Notes: generated by a model not told the origin, from the letters alone. 64,000 nt of DNA from Bacteroides sp. (GCA_030151635.1 JASLDF010000129.1:3992-67991); one strand, 5' to 3'. Counted from the first letter of the stretch, positions 17,609 through 29,123 are shown. Translations and numbers: made by a program.

Positions 17609-20106
17609 TAATCTAAATAATAAACACGTTTCACTCGTTCAGAAACACTCGTAAGAACCTCGTATGGGATTGTCCCCAATACATCCGACAAGACAGAAAC
17701 TGGCAAATCATCACCAAAAATAATAACTTCATCTCCCTCTTTACAATCAATACCTGTCAAATCAATCATACTTACATCCATACAGATGTTACCAATATAT
17801 GAAGCTTTCTCTCCGTTTACTAAACAATAGGCATTACGATTACCTAACTTACGGTTTAATCCATCGGCATAACCAATAGGTATTGCTCCAATACGAGAAG
17901 GTTGTTCTATTTTACCTCTTCGACTATACCCTACTGTTTCTCCCACGTTAAGCTCCTTTATTTGTAAAATTGTAGTTTTTAACGTACTTACATTTTTCAT
18001 AGGGTGGGCACCCGTAGGATCAATACCATACAATCCTAAGCCCAAGCGAACCATATCAAAATGAGCATCTGGAAAACGAGTTATAGCTGCCGAATTGCAA
18101 ATATGTCGTGTTATTTTATGTACAAAAGAACCCTGTAATTCATCAGAAGCCAATTTAAATTGAGCCAATTGATGTGCTGTAAAATCATCAAATTCAACAG
18201 AGTCACTTCCTGCAAAATGAGAAAATATAGATTTAGGAATCAATGCATTTTGCTTTTTCAAAACAGTAATTAATTGATCCATCTCATCGGGCATAAAACC
18301 TAAACGGTGCATTCCAGTATCTATCTTTATATGAATTGGGAAATTAGTTACTCCCTCTTTTTCTGCTTCATGAATTAATTTTTTCAATAAGCTGAAACTA
18401 TAAACTTCCGGCTCTAAATTATTCTCAAACATCAATTTAAAAGCAGATAACTCTGGGTTCATAATAATTATTGAATTACTAATTCCATCTTTACGCAGAG
18501 CTACTCCCTCATCGGCAACGGCTACACCTAAATAATCGACTTTATAATCTTGTAGAGTCTTAGCAATCTCACTCGCGCCAGCACCATAGGCAGATGCCTT
18601 AATCATACACATGATTTTAGTTTCCGGCTTAAGTTGATCTCGATAATAATTTAAATTCTCAACGAGAACATTTAGATTTACTTCTAGTATCGTTTCATGA
18701 CGTTTTAGCTCTAATGCCTCAAGAATACGCTCGAAGGTAAAGTTACGTGCCCCTTTGAGCAAAACACTTTCATTTGCAAATGAAATTTCTCCCGTTTTAA
18801 TAGCGTGAAGTAAATCATCTGTAGTTTCAAAGAAATCTTTTTCAATATTAAATCGTTGACTCTCTTGACTAATCCACTTTCCAACACCTACAACACGTTG
18901 AATCTGTTTATTAAATAAAAGTTGAGAAACCTTTCTATATAGCGTCGTAGCATTCTGTCCTGTGCCAATTAAATCTGAAATAATCAAAGTCCGTTTCAGT
19001 CCTTTCTGCAGAGATCGTCTATAATGAAAATCGAGTGCAATATCTAAAGAAGAAAGGTCTGAACTATAGCTATCATTAATAATCAACGAATTGTTTCTAC
19101 CTTCTTTAACCTCTAGCCTCATCGCTACCGGCTCTAAAAGAGACATTCTAGTGCGAATTTCTTCACTAGACAACATCAAATAAATACATACGGCCAAACA
19201 ATTGATGGAATTTTCAATTGACGCATCATCAATAAAAGGAATGACATAATAATTATCCAATCCTAAATATCTATACTTAACAGTAGTTTGATCTTCATCT
19301 TTAATAATTGCACTTATGAACAACGGACGCTCCATATCATATCGACTCCATGCAATCTCTCTAGAACTTAAAACCGATTGTGACATGCAAGTAGATATTA
19401 ACATATCATCGGCATCATAAATGATAACATCGCAGTTTTTAAAGAGCTTTAGCTTTTCCATACACTTCTCTTGCATTGAAAAGAAGTTTTCTTGATGAGC
19501 ACCACCAATGTTAGTCAAAACTCCAATAGTTGGTTTTAATACATGTTCAAGTGCCCTCATCTCATCAGGTTGTGAAATTCCTGCTTCAAAAATAGCCACA
19601 TTAGCATCATCGGTCATTTGCCAAACCGAAAGAGGTACGCCAATTTGAGAGTTATAGCTTCTCGGGCTTCGAATTACTTTTTTTGAAGGAGATAAAATTT
19701 GATGTAACCACTCTTTGACAACAGTTTTTCCATTACTGCCCGTAATTCCTACTACTGGATAATGAAATTGAGCACGGTGTTTCCTTGCAAGAGATTGCAA
19801 GGCTTTTAGTGTATCTGATACCACCAGAAAATTAGCATCTGCGAAGGGAACTACTCCACCATAACTATACGGTTTCATAATGCAGTTTTCGTAATTAGAA
19901 ATAACAAAATTACGTACACCCCGATCATAAAGAGTCGAGATGTACTTCGCACCACTATTTCTTGATGTATCTAAGGCGAAGAAGAGGGTATCTTCGGGAA
20001 AGCTCAAAGATCTACTATCGGTTAACAACCAGTTTATTTTTGCAGGTCTATTTCCAATCTGCTTAGCTTTTATAATTTCTTTAACTTGTTCAATTGTATA
20101 AGACAT
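17608..20106 (-). CDS. alr: Bifunctional MurF-like ligase / alanine racemase
   Basis: N-terminal Mur ligase (TDSR, GITGSNGKT) fused to alanine racemase (MIKASAYG PLP-Lys, HIKIDTGMHRLG, IGYADG, ICMD, GTIPYE). Confidence 0.95.
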   Translation of the reverse strand: MSYTIEQVKEIIKAKQIGNRPAKINWLLTDSRSLSFPEDTLFFALDTSRNSGAKYISTLYDRGVRNFVISNYENCIMKPYSYGGVVPFADANFLVVSDTLKALQSLARKHRAQFHYPVVGITGSNGKTVVKEWLHQILSPSKKVIRSPRSYNSQIGVPLSVWQMTDDANVAIFEAGISQPDEMRALEHVLKPTIGVLTNIGGAHQENFFSMQEKCMEKLKLFKNCDVIIYDADDMLISTCMSQSVLSSREIAWSRYDMERPLFISAIIKDEDQTTVKYRYLGLDNYYVIPFIDDASIENSINCLAVCIYLMLSSEEIRTRMSLLEPVAMRLEVKEGRNNSLIINDSYSSDLSSLDIALDFHYRRSLQKGLKRTLIISDLIGTGQNATTLYRKVSQLLFNKQIQRVVGVGKWISQESQRFNIEKDFFETTDDLLHAIKTGEISFANESVLLKGARNFTFERILEALELKRHETILEVNLNVLVENLNYYRDQLKPETKIMCMIKASAYGAGASEIAKTLQDYKVDYLGVAVADEGVALRKDGISNSIIIMNPELSAFKLMFENNLEPEVYSFSLLKKLIHEAEKEGVTNFPIHIKIDTGMHRLGFMPDEMDQLITVLKKQNALIPKSIFSHFAGSDSVEFDDFTAHQLAQFKLASDELQGSFVHKITRHICNSAAITRFPDAHFDMVRLGLGLYGIDPTGAHPMKNVSTLKTTILQIKELNVGETVGYSRRGKIEQPSRIGAIPIGYADGLNRKLGNRNAYCLVNGEKASYIGNICMDVSMIDLTGIDCKEGDEVIIFGDDLPVSVLSDVLGTIPYEVLTSVSERVKRVYYLD

Positions 20107-21074
20107 TGTTCAATCTCCTTTCTAAAGTCTAATGTCGGATTTTTTTTAGATATACGGTTCATTTTTAGCACTAATTGTTCCAGAAAAGAAGCGTACTCTT
20201 TTGTATTAGGATTCAAAGGTTTATGTTCTAAACCCTTTTTTATTTTATCGCATTCTTCAATAACAGCTATTGTTTGCTCAGTAAAGAAAACAGCTTGTAG
20301 CTTTTCCCATATATACGCAATTGCAAGAGAGGATGGGTGCACCATGTCATCGGCATAAAAGCGATAGTCACGCAATTCATCCAACATGATCTCGTATGCA
20401 GGGAAATATACTACTTGATTGGGAAACCTTTTTTGAAGCTCTGAAATTGCTAATAACAAAGTTGCTTTACTTCGTTGATTTTCGATTAAACCATCACGTA
20501 CATGTCGAATTGGACTAACTGTAAAAACAACCTTAAGTGTTGAATTAAGTGCACCAACAGATTCTAAAATAGGGATATAAAGTGATACAATATCAGAAAC
20601 ACTAAGTTGCACTCGATCAAAACTTTTATTCGGTACCTTGTGACAATTTGAAACAATTCGATTGTCCGATTTTAAATGATAAACTCCAGCCGTTCCAAAA
20701 GTTATAAACAGAGTGTCTAATTCTTTAAATTGCTGATATGCAAGCGATACACTTGAATTTATAGCTTGAAGAGTTTCAGCTTTTGAAATAAAAGAAAAGG
20801 AACCATGGTGCATCCAACTATTCCACAACTCTAAATGCTGAAACAAGTCTGCTTCAGTATATTGCTTGTTAGCCATTATTTCTTGTAATGCCAGTGCAAT
20901 AGAGGCTGGATTGTATAGCACCCCAAAAGGATTAACCAAACAATTAAATTTGGCATCGACAAGCTTCCTCCCTATGTTTTCTGAAAAACAAGAACCTAAA
21001 CTCATCATTCTATTCTGATGAGTTAATTTAGGAAAGTCTTTGGATTTTAAGTGGACGGATGTCGTAAAATTCAT
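20070..21074 (-). CDS. GSCFA domain protein (SGNH-like)
   Basis: LGSCFSENIG, TVSPIRH, YFPAYEIMLDELRDYRFY..D.VHP. Confidence 0.92.
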   Translation of the reverse strand: MNFTTSVHLKSKDFPKLTHQNRMMSLGSCFSENIGRKLVDAKFNCLVNPFGVLYNPASIALALQEIMANKQYTEADLFQHLELWNSWMHHGSFSFISKAETLQAINSSVSLAYQQFKELDTLFITFGTAGVYHLKSDNRIVSNCHKVPNKSFDRVQLSVSDIVSLYIPILESVGALNSTLKVVFTVSPIRHVRDGLIENQRSKATLLLAISELQKRFPNQVVYFPAYEIMLDELRDYRFYADDMVHPSSLAIAYIWEKLQAVFFTEQTIAVIEECDKIKKGLEHKPLNPNTKEYASFLEQLVLKMNRISKKNPTLDFRKEIEQCLIQLNKLKKL

Positions 21075-21095
21075 TTTATGCTGTTTTAATCACTA

Positions 21096-21103
21096 CAAAT
21101 TTA
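21096..21103 (-). promoter_or_regulatory. -7 promoter element for GSCFA-alr
   Basis: TAAATTTG on the minus strand 21 nt upstream of the start. Confidence 0.55.
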
Positions 21104-21340
21104 GCTTGATTTTAGGTTTGCCGGTCGAAAAATGTTTAATATTTGATTTAATAAAGATATGAATTTGTTAAATTTTTAATTTAAGCTACCTAGCACCCAA
21201 TACAATTATCTTTATTCATATATTATAATTATTTTTGGAAAACATAAGCGATTATTAAAAGATAGCCCTAACTTTTGATTAAAATGTTATAATCAGCTAT
21301 CTTTATTCGAATTTGCACATTAATACTTTTTGAAATTTAA

Positions 21341-23242
21341 ATGGGAAATACGTCAAAATATAGTTTGCTAGACACAATATCATCTCCGGAAGATTTACGT
21401 AAGCTAGACATGGACCAACTGATTGAATTATGTTCTGAATTAAGACAAGATCTTATTGATGAACTTTCTTGCAATCCTGGTCATTTTGCCGCGAGTCTTG
21501 GAGTAGTAGAGTTGACTGTAGCCCTGCATTATATTTACAATACACCTTATGACAAATTGGTTTGGGACGTAGGTCACCAAGCATATGTACATAAGATATT
21601 AACCGGAAGAAAAGACCTGTTCTTTACCAACCGTAAATTTGGAGGAATCCGCCCATTCCCTTCGCCAGAAGAGAGTGAGTATGATACCTTCTCATGTGGT
21701 CATGCCTCAAATTCAATTTCTGCCGCATTAGGAATGGCTGTTGCAGCCGACCAAAAAGGAGAAGACGATCGACATATTATTTCTATAATTGGAGATGGTT
21801 CAATGAGTGGAGGATTGGCTTTTGAAGGTCTAAACAATGCTTCTTCAATGCCTAACAACCTATTAATCATACTGAATGACAATGACATGTCTATTGATAA
21901 GAGTGTAGGTGGAATGAAGCAGTACTTGGTTAATTTAACAACATCAACACCATATAACCAATTGAGATATCAAGCAGCTAAGATGCTGCACAAAATGAAT
22001 ATCCTAAACGATGAACGAAAAAAAGCACTTATTCGATTGGGGAATAGCCTGAAATCACTGGCTATGCAACAACAAAATATGTTTGAAGGCTTAAATATTC
22101 GCTATTTTGGACCTGTTGATGGACATGATATTAAAAACCTATCTCGTGTGCTACGAGATATAAAAGATATGAAAGGCCCAAAATTGTTGCACCTTCACAC
22201 TGTGAAAGGTAAAGGATTTGAACCTGCTGAGAAACAAGCTACTATTTGGCACGCTCCTGGTCGCTTTGATCCCCTTACGGGAACTATTATTAAAGATACC
22301 GAAAAGGATCTTCCACCTAAATTCCAAACAGTCTTTGGAAATACGTTAGTAGAATTAGCTGAGGCAAATAAAAACATTGTTGGGGTTACTCCAGCCATGC
22401 CATCAGGTTGCTCCATGAACATCATGATGGAAAAAATTCCAGAACGTGCTTTTGATGTTGGAATTGCTGAAGGTCATGCTGTTACGTTTTCGGGAGGAAT
22501 GGCGAAAGAAGGATTACAACCTTTCTGCAACATTTATTCTTCGTTTATGCAACGTGCATATGATAATTTAATTCATGATGTGGCAATCCTTAAACTTCCA
22601 GTTGTCCTTTGTCTAGATAGAGCAGGACTGGTTGGCGAGGATGGACCAACACATCATGGTGTATTTGATTTAGCCTATCTTAGACCAATTCCGAATCTAA
22701 CTATTTCTTCTCCCATGGATGAACATGAGTTGAGAAGATTAATGTACACAGCACAATTACCTGATAAAGGTGCTTTTGTTATTAGATACCCTCGTGGACG
22801 AGGTGTTTGCGTAGATTGGGAATGTCCTTTCGAAGAAATACCTGTAGGAAAAGGCAGAACTATTCTTGAAGGTAATGACCTAGCAGTAATTACCATCGGA
22901 CCTATCGGTAATGTAGCAAAAGAAGCCATCGAGGAACTTCAAGAAACGAACTCCAAAACGGTTGCTTTATACGATTTGAGATTCTTAAAACCAATCGATG
23001 AAGAAATGCTACACAGTATTGGAGATAAGTTCAAACATGTTATCACAATTGAAGATGGGGTAATTCAAGGTGGAATGGGAACAGCTGTACTTGAATTTAT
23101 GTCTGACCATAACTACAATCCTCAAATTCACAGACTGGGTATCCCTGATGAATTTATAGAACATGGCTCTGTAAAAGAACTACATAAAGTTTGTGGTCTA
23201 GATAAAGAAAGCATACGTAAAGAGATTGAAAAACTCTTATAA
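21341..23242 (+). CDS. dxs: 1-deoxy-D-xylulose-5-phosphate synthase
   Basis: [58 protein letters not shown]. Confidence 0.98.
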   Translation: MGNTSKYSLLDTISSPEDLRKLDMDQLIELCSELRQDLIDELSCNPGHFAASLGVVELTVALHYIYNTPYDKLVWDVGHQAYVHKILTGRKDLFFTNRKFGGIRPFPSPEESEYDTFSCGHASNSISAALGMAVAADQKGEDDRHIISIIGDGSMSGGLAFEGLNNASSMPNNLLIILNDNDMSIDKSVGGMKQYLVNLTTSTPYNQLRYQAAKMLHKMNILNDERKKALIRLGNSLKSLAMQQQNMFEGLNIRYFGPVDGHDIKNLSRVLRDIKDMKGPKLLHLHTVKGKGFEPAEKQATIWHAPGRFDPLTGTIIKDTEKDLPPKFQTVFGNTLVELAEANKNIVGVTPAMPSGCSMNIMMEKIPERAFDVGIAEGHAVTFSGGMAKEGLQPFCNIYSSFMQRAYDNLIHDVAILKLPVVLCLDRAGLVGEDGPTHHGVFDLAYLRPIPNLTISSPMDEHELRRLMYTAQLPDKGAFVIRYPRGRGVCVDWECPFEEIPVGKGRTILEGNDLAVITIGPIGNVAKEAIEELQETNSKTVALYDLRFLKPIDEEMLHSIGDKFKHVITIEDGVIQGGMGTAVLEFMSDHNYNPQIHRLGIPDEFIEHGSVKELHKVCGLDKESIRKEIEKLL

Positions 23243-23273
23243 TTCACGAGTATAAATAAGAATTGTACAAACA

Positions 23274-24614
23274 ATGAAAATTATTATCGCTGGAGCTGGT
23301 GCAGTTGGAACTCACCTTGCAAAATTACTCTCTAATGAAAAAGAAGATATTATCCTCTTAGATGAAGATGAGGAGAGATTAAGCATAATGAATTCTAACT
23401 TTGACCTTATGACAGTTGTGGGTTCTCCCACTTCTATTCGTGGTCTAACTGAAGCTGGCGTGAAAAATGCCGACTTATTCATTGCAGTTACTCCAGATGA
23501 GAGTCGTAATATGACGGCTTGTATGCTAGCCACTAATCTTGGTGCAATTAAAACGGTTGCCCGAATTGATAACTACGAATATTTACTTCCTAAAAACAAA
23601 GAATTCTTTAAAAACCTAGGTGTAGATTCTTTAATTTATCCTGAAATGCTAGCTGCAAAAGAGATTGTATCTTCTATGCGTATGAGTTGGGTAAGACAAT
23701 GGTGGGAATTTTGTGGAGGTGCCATCGTTCTTATCGGCGTTCGTATTGAAGATGAAGCCGAATTGATGGACATTTCACTTAGCGAACTGAGTGGAAAAGA
23801 TACTCCATTCCATATTGTAGCTATAAAAAGGGAACAAGAAACGATTATTCCAAGTGGAAAAGACATTATTCGTCATGGTGATATCGTCTATTTCACGACA
23901 ACTAAAAAATACATTCCCTACATCCGTAAAATTACGGGTAAAGATGAATTTCCGGATATTCAAAATGTAATTATCATGGGTGGAAGCCGTATTGCTGCAC
24001 GTACTGCGCAATATGCTCCCGATTACATGAACATCAAAATCATTGAATCGGATATTGAAAGATGCAATAAGCTATCCGAGTCTCTAGACAATAAAATAAT
24101 GATTTTAAATGGCGATGGTCGAGATATCGATTTATTGGTTGAAGAAGGGATTCGCAATACCGAGGCCTTTGTGGCCATTACTGGTAACTCTGAAACAAAT
24201 ATTTTAGCTTGTCTTGCAGCAAGAAGATTAGGTGTATCAAAAACTATCGCTGAGGTTGAAAACATTGATTACATCAATATGGCCGAGAGTTTGGGTATTG
24301 GTGCTGTCATCAATAAAAAACTGATCTCTGCAAGCCATATTTACCGAATGATGCTAGAGGCTGACGTATCTAATGTGAAGAGTTTAACTTTTGCAAATGC
24401 TGATGTAGCCGAGTTCATTGTTAAACCAAATGCCAAGATTACACGTAAAACAATTCGCCATCAAGGCTTACCAAAAGGATTTGCATTAGGCGGATTAATT
24501 AGGGAAGGAAAAGGTGTCTTGATTAATGGAGATACTCAAGTCATAGCAGGGGATCACGTTGTTGTATTCTGTCACAATACAATGATTAAGAAAATAGAAA
24601 AATTCTTCAGCTAA
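23274..24614 (+). CDS. trkA: Trk potassium uptake NAD-binding subunit
   Basis: MKIIIAGAGAVG; tandem RCK-N/RCK-C domains; adjacent to trkH. Confidence 0.96.
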   Translation: MKIIIAGAGAVGTHLAKLLSNEKEDIILLDEDEERLSIMNSNFDLMTVVGSPTSIRGLTEAGVKNADLFIAVTPDESRNMTACMLATNLGAIKTVARIDNYEYLLPKNKEFFKNLGVDSLIYPEMLAAKEIVSSMRMSWVRQWWEFCGGAIVLIGVRIEDEAELMDISLSELSGKDTPFHIVAIKREQETIIPSGKDIIRHGDIVYFTTTKKYIPYIRKITGKDEFPDIQNVIIMGGSRIAARTAQYAPDYMNIKIIESDIERCNKLSESLDNKIMILNGDGRDIDLLVEEGIRNTEAFVAITGNSETNILACLAARRLGVSKTIAEVENIDYINMAESLGIGAVINKKLISASHIYRMMLEADVSNVKSLTFANADVAEFIVKPNAKITRKTIRHQGLPKGFALGGLIREGKGVLINGDTQVIAGDHVVVFCHNTMIKKIEKFFS

Positions 24615-24615
24615 A

Positions 24616-26064
24616 ATGGTTAATATAAAAATGATTTTACGCATTATGGGGGTCTTGCTTATTATAGAATCCCTAATGCTACTATTGTGTATTGGCATCT
24701 CTTTCTTCTATCAAGAGGATGATTTAAATGCCTTTGCTATAACTGCTGGATTAACAGGATTCATTGGATTCCTAGCCATTGCATTTAGCAAAGGGGCAAA
24801 AAAACAACTTAGCCGTAGAGAAGGGTATCTAATTGTGAGCTTATCATGGATTATTGTATCCATTTTTGGTATGCTACCCTACTACCTCAGTGGGTATATA
24901 CCCACAGTTACAGATGCTTTTTTTGAGGCAATTTCGGGAGTTAGCAGTACAGGAAGTACTATTCTAGACAACATTGAGGAATTTCCTCATGGCCTACTAT
25001 TTTGGAGAAGTATGACACAGTGGATAGGTGGATTGGGGATTATCTTCTTTACCATAGCAGTATTACCCTTATTGGGCGTTAGTGGAATTCAATTATTTGC
25101 CGCAGAAGCATCGGGAATTACTGTTGATAAAGTACACCCTAGAATTGGAGTAACTGCAAAATGGATATGGTCCATTTATATTGGCATTACTCTTATTCAA
25201 ATTATTCTTCTATGCTTTGGTGACATGAACCTATTCGATAGTGTCTGTCACTCTTTAACAACTACTGGAACAGGTGGTTTTTCTACTAAACAAGATAGCA
25301 TTGGCTTTTACCAATCGGCCTATATCGAATATGTCATAGCCTTTTTTATGATTCTATCAGGAGTCAATTTTACTCTATTACTGCTTGCTGTGACAGGACG
25401 ATTTAGAAAAGTACTTCAAAATTCAGAACTTAAATATTACCTAGCTTCAATTATAACATTAACAGTAATAATTAGCATAGGTCTATATTACTCTACCAAT
25501 AATGGTATGGAAGAATCATTCCGCAAAGCGATATTCCAGGTCGGTTCGCTACACACTTCAACTGGTTTTATTACGGATGATTACATGCAATGGAAACCCG
25601 TTCTTTGGGGTATCCTTTTTATCCCGATGTTTGTTGGAGCATGTGCAGGAAGTACATCTGGAGGTTTTAAATCTATTCGGATCGTGATTATTGCAAAAAT
25701 TACAATGAACGAATTAAAACGTATCATTCATCCTAATCTTGTTTTAAGACCAAAAGTAAATAATCAAATTGTGCAAAACTCAATACAAAGTACGGTATTA
25801 GCCTTTAGCTTCATCTATTTACTCACTATCGTACTTAGTACATTGTTTCTACTTGCTTTTGATTTAAACTTCTTAGACTCGTTAGGAATCGTCATCTCAA
25901 GCATCAGTAATATGGGACCTGGATTTGGAAGCTTTGGACCTGAGTTTTCATGGAGCGCACTCCCCGTAGCTGGCAAGTGGCTATCTTCATTCCTCATGCT
26001 TATTGGCAGATTAGAACTATTTACAATTTTACTTCTATTTACTCCAGGTTTTTGGAAAGGATAA
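24616..26064 (+). CDS. trkH: Trk potassium uptake membrane subunit
   Basis: FEAISG.SSTG, WIGGLG, TGGFS, GACAGSTSGG.K, SNMGPG, GRLE. Confidence 0.96.
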   Translation: MVNIKMILRIMGVLLIIESLMLLLCIGISFFYQEDDLNAFAITAGLTGFIGFLAIAFSKGAKKQLSRREGYLIVSLSWIIVSIFGMLPYYLSGYIPTVTDAFFEAISGVSSTGSTILDNIEEFPHGLLFWRSMTQWIGGLGIIFFTIAVLPLLGVSGIQLFAAEASGITVDKVHPRIGVTAKWIWSIYIGITLIQIILLCFGDMNLFDSVCHSLTTTGTGGFSTKQDSIGFYQSAYIEYVIAFFMILSGVNFTLLLLAVTGRFRKVLQNSELKYYLASIITLTVIISIGLYYSTNNGMEESFRKAIFQVGSLHTSTGFITDDYMQWKPVLWGILFIPMFVGACAGSTSGGFKSIRIVIIAKITMNELKRIIHPNLVLRPKVNNQIVQNSIQSTVLAFSFIYLLTIVLSTLFLLAFDLNFLDSLGIVISSISNMGPGFGSFGPEFSWSALPVAGKWLSSFLMLIGRLELFTILLLFTPGFWKG

Positions 26065-26078
26065 ATAGAAATAGACAT

Positions 26079-26127
26079 AAAATAATAACGGGCAATTTCA
26101 CAAATTGAAATCGCCCGTTATTATTTT
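26079..26127. terminator. Bidirectional terminator between trkH and the PqqD-like gene
   Basis: AAAATAATAACGGGC.ATTTCA...TGAAAT.GCCCGTTATTATTTT. Confidence 0.8.
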
Positions 26128-26479
26128 ATCCTATCTTTATAAGATAGTCAATGAGTTTATCTTTTTCAAGCTGTCTTATAAAGCGTATAATTCGCTCCTC
26201 ATAATCGGGAGTCTCTTTATCTGGGAAATCAGCTACAATTGATTGAACAGTCCTCACCCCATCAATAAGTTTCAAGACTTCGGTCCCATAAGCGTCAAAG
26301 TTTACACTTATCTCCCGAGGCAATCTCTTCAGCATAAAATGCTCGTGAAACCACTTGTTTTTAAATCTACGAATACCTAATCGAGCTTTATTATCTTCTT
26401 TAATATATAAAGAAATGTGGTCCCTTAGACAAGGAACCACATTTAGTATATTTATTTTATCAGATGCCTTCATAAACAA
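26126..26479 (-). CDS. PqqD-family (RiPP recognition element-like) protein
   Basis: V.FDAYGTEVLKLIDGVRTVQSIV...FIRQLEKDKLI winged-helix pattern. Confidence 0.75.
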   Translation of the reverse strand: MFMKASDKINILNVVPCLRDHISLYIKEDNKARLGIRRFKNKWFHEHFMLKRLPREISVNFDAYGTEVLKLIDGVRTVQSIVADFPDKETPDYEERIIRFIRQLEKDKLIDYLIKIG

Positions 26480-26481
26480 GA

Positions 26482-27900
26482 CTACTTAATATTTGGTGCT
26501 TCTAGACCATAATTATGTTTCTTGTCTTCAGCTTTAAGCCAGACTCCTAATATTCCTGCTAAAACACCTAATGATGCAAAAACAAACATAGCGGTAGTGT
26601 AATTATAAACTCCATTATTTTCCAAAAGAACCTCAGCTGGGTTAGTAGTTTGTAGTACAATACCAATAATAATTGGGAAAATCCACAAACCAAAGTTTTG
26701 AATCCAGAAAACAATACTATATGCAGATCCTAAATATCTTTCTTCCACAAGATGAGGTATTGCAGGCCATAATGCTGCAGGGACCAATGAAAAAGATACA
26801 CCTAAAAGAACAATAGCTGAGTAAGCTACATACAGACTCGTTTGATCACCTGGCTGAAAAGGATAGATTGCAAATGTCATGTGGCATACAAATACCAACA
26901 CAGAACCAAGAATTAACATTGAAGCCCCTTTACCTACTTTATCGAGGAAGAAGCCCAAAGGTGGGGTCAAAATCATTGCACCAATTGGGAACCATGAGAA
27001 TAAGTCGGAAGCATCTTTAGTTTCCAATCCTAAATTATTCTCAAGCATATTTGTAGCAAATTTTTGGAAAGGGAAAATTGCAGAATAATACAAGACACAA
27101 AGTGAAGCTACAATCATATAAACCTTGTTCGTAAATAGTTTCTTAAGATCACTAAACTTAAAAGCCTCTTCTTCTTGAGCCTCAACATTGTTATGCAAAT
27201 CTAATGCAGCATCTTGAGCGTCTAATTTCTTATCCATTATAGAGTATAGGATAAAGGTAATTAAACCAATAATCAACAATAGACAACACATCGCAACAGG
27301 TCTAACAACATCTTCTGATCCCCATGTTGCAACAACTGGTGATAAGCGGAACACAGCGAATACACCTAAACGAGCCAATCCCATTTCAATTCCCATTGCA
27401 AGAGCCATCTCTTTTCCAGAGAACCACTTCACAATTGCTTTAGAAACGGTAATACCAGCCATTTCAAGTCCACAACCAAATATAGCAAATCCTAAAGAAG
27501 CCAATTTGGCATCAGCTGGGAAAGAAGGAATGAAACTATTCAATGCATCATATAGAATTTGTCCCTCTGCAAAGCTAGGACTAATCGCATACCATTTAAT
27601 TCCAGCACCTGCAAGCATTATTAACCCAGATACAATAGCAGTAAAACGAATACCCATTTTATCCAAGATAACCCCAGCAAACAGCAAGAAGAAAGCAAAG
27701 ACATTTAGGAAATACTCAGAACTTACAAAAGTTCCATAAACTTCGGGAGTCCACCCTTTTTGTTGTTCTAATAAAGATTGCAGCGGCGACAACACATCTA
27801 CAAACATGTAGCCAAAGAACATCATTATGGCAACTAATAGCAAGGCACCCCACCTTAATAAGAAAGAGTCCCTCATTGTTTTCTGAGAAATTTTATTCAT
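26482..27900 (-). CDS. MFS transporter
   Basis: About 12 TM helices; GVILDKMGIR and GFFLDKVG motif-A-like sequences. Confidence 0.92.
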   Translation of the reverse strand: MNKISQKTMRDSFLLRWGALLLVAIMMFFGYMFVDVLSPLQSLLEQQKGWTPEVYGTFVSSEYFLNVFAFFLLFAGVILDKMGIRFTAIVSGLIMLAGAGIKWYAISPSFAEGQILYDALNSFIPSFPADAKLASLGFAIFGCGLEMAGITVSKAIVKWFSGKEMALAMGIEMGLARLGVFAVFRLSPVVATWGSEDVVRPVAMCCLLLIIGLITFILYSIMDKKLDAQDAALDLHNNVEAQEEEAFKFSDLKKLFTNKVYMIVASLCVLYYSAIFPFQKFATNMLENNLGLETKDASDLFSWFPIGAMILTPPLGFFLDKVGKGASMLILGSVLVFVCHMTFAIYPFQPGDQTSLYVAYSAIVLLGVSFSLVPAALWPAIPHLVEERYLGSAYSIVFWIQNFGLWIFPIIIGIVLQTTNPAEVLLENNGVYNYTTAMFVFASLGVLAGILGVWLKAEDKKHNYGLEAPNIK

Positions 27901-27929
27901 TTTATATTCAATTTAATTCTATATAATAA

Positions 27930-27963
27930 TTATGGCTGCCTTAAATGAATAAAGCAGCCATAA
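27930..27963 (-). terminator. Stem-loop between secG and the MFS gene (possible terminator)
   Basis: TTATGGCTGC...GCAGCCATAA inverted repeat. Confidence 0.5.
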
Positions 27964-28059
27964 CTAATAATTTCTTATTTAGAAGTACATGTTAAACTTT
28001 GGATATATAACAAAATTGGTATTTGATGTTCCATTGTGTTTAGAGCTGTACTAACCCAT

Positions 28060-28344
28060 TTATTTGTCAAGTTGTTCTTGGATAGCTTTATCCTCTAGAA
28101 CAGAACCTGTGTTTGAACTTGGAGTAGGTAAAAAGTATACAGTTGCAATACTTAAAATTACAATACCTGCTGCTAAACCCCATGTCAACTTTTCTACAAA
28201 ATCAGTCATCTTGGGTACACCCATAATTTGATTTGAAGATGAAAAACCTGAAGCTAGACCGCCTCCTTTTGATTTCTGTACTAAGACAATCAAGCAAAGT
28301 GCTACTGAAAGCACTAAAATCAATATTAAAAGAAATATATACAT
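28060..28344 (-). CDS. secG: Preprotein translocase subunit SecG
   Basis: IVLVQKSKGGGLASGF...DFVEKLTW; two TM helices. Confidence 0.95.
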   Translation of the reverse strand: MYIFLLILILVLSVALCLIVLVQKSKGGGLASGFSSSNQIMGVPKMTDFVEKLTWGLAAGIVILSIATVYFLPTPSSNTGSVLEDKAIQEQLDK

Positions 28345-28356
28345 TGTTCTTATTAG

Positions 28357-29115
28357 TTATTTCGATTTAGCGTTATTTATTAATTTCTCTAAGAATCTAA
28401 TTTGGTCTACAAAGTAAGCATTTTTATTCGGATATTTCAAACTTATCTTTTTTAAAATTTCATGCGCCTTAGCATAACGCTTTTGTTTAATATAAATTTT
28501 AGCTAAGGTTTCTGTAAACAAACCTTCATCTTCCGATTCTAGCTCTTTTGCTACCACTGTAGGTTCTACAACTACCTTTTCATAAGCTTCCTCATCTTCA
28601 TGAGAATCATTTGTTGGTAACTCTTTTTTAATGAGTGGCTTGTTCAAAAAGTTATCGATTAGGTGCTGCCCTTCCAAGGGTTTAGTATCACAATCAGAAA
28701 CAACTTCGTCTTCAAACAGATAACCCATATAATCACTTGAAACTTCTAGCCCCGTAAAGTCTACATTTTCTTCTGGTAAAGTAGATAGAAAAGAGTCTAT
28801 TACACTAAGTGTTCTATCATGTTCCTTTTCTTCTGACTTTGAATCATTACTAACTTCATCAAGAATGTCCGATAAAGTCTCCGTATTCTTCTCTAACAGA
28901 TTAAAAAGGATTTTACGGTCAGGAATATATAAAGCGGCTTTTTTAAGTTCGCTAGTAAAGTTTAACTTATTGAGCTGAGACAACGCAGTTAAGTAAACAA
29001 TTCGTAGAGATTGAGAGTAAGGATATAATTCAACAAGTTCTTCAATTTCAAGAAGACTATGCTCCTGAAACTGATACGAACTACTAATCCATTTATTAAA
29101 TATTGTACTATCCAT
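28357..29115 (-). CDS. Conserved hypothetical protein with C-terminal TPR-like motif
   Basis: TETLAKIYIKQKRY.KA..I...I.LKYP.K..YF motif, typical of the gene upstream of secG in Bacteroidota. Confidence 0.8.
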   Translation of the reverse strand: MDSTIFNKWISSSYQFQEHSLLEIEELVELYPYSQSLRIVYLTALSQLNKLNFTSELKKAALYIPDRKILFNLLEKNTETLSDILDEVSNDSKSEEKEHDRTLSVIDSFLSTLPEENVDFTGLEVSSDYMGYLFEDEVVSDCDTKPLEGQHLIDNFLNKPLIKKELPTNDSHEDEEAYEKVVVEPTVVAKELESEDEGLFTETLAKIYIKQKRYAKAHEILKKISLKYPNKNAYFVDQIRFLEKLINNAKSK

Positions 29116-29123
29116 CTACGCTA

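Noticed and set aside
17608..20106. MurF-alanine racemase fusion as a novelty
   Set aside because: A well-known, widespread fusion in Bacteroidota.
27977..28034. 19-codon ORF (MEHQIPILLYIQSLTCTSK) after secG as a possible precursor for the PqqD-like protein
   Set aside because: Too short to distinguish from chance, no leader-like features and no maturase nearby.
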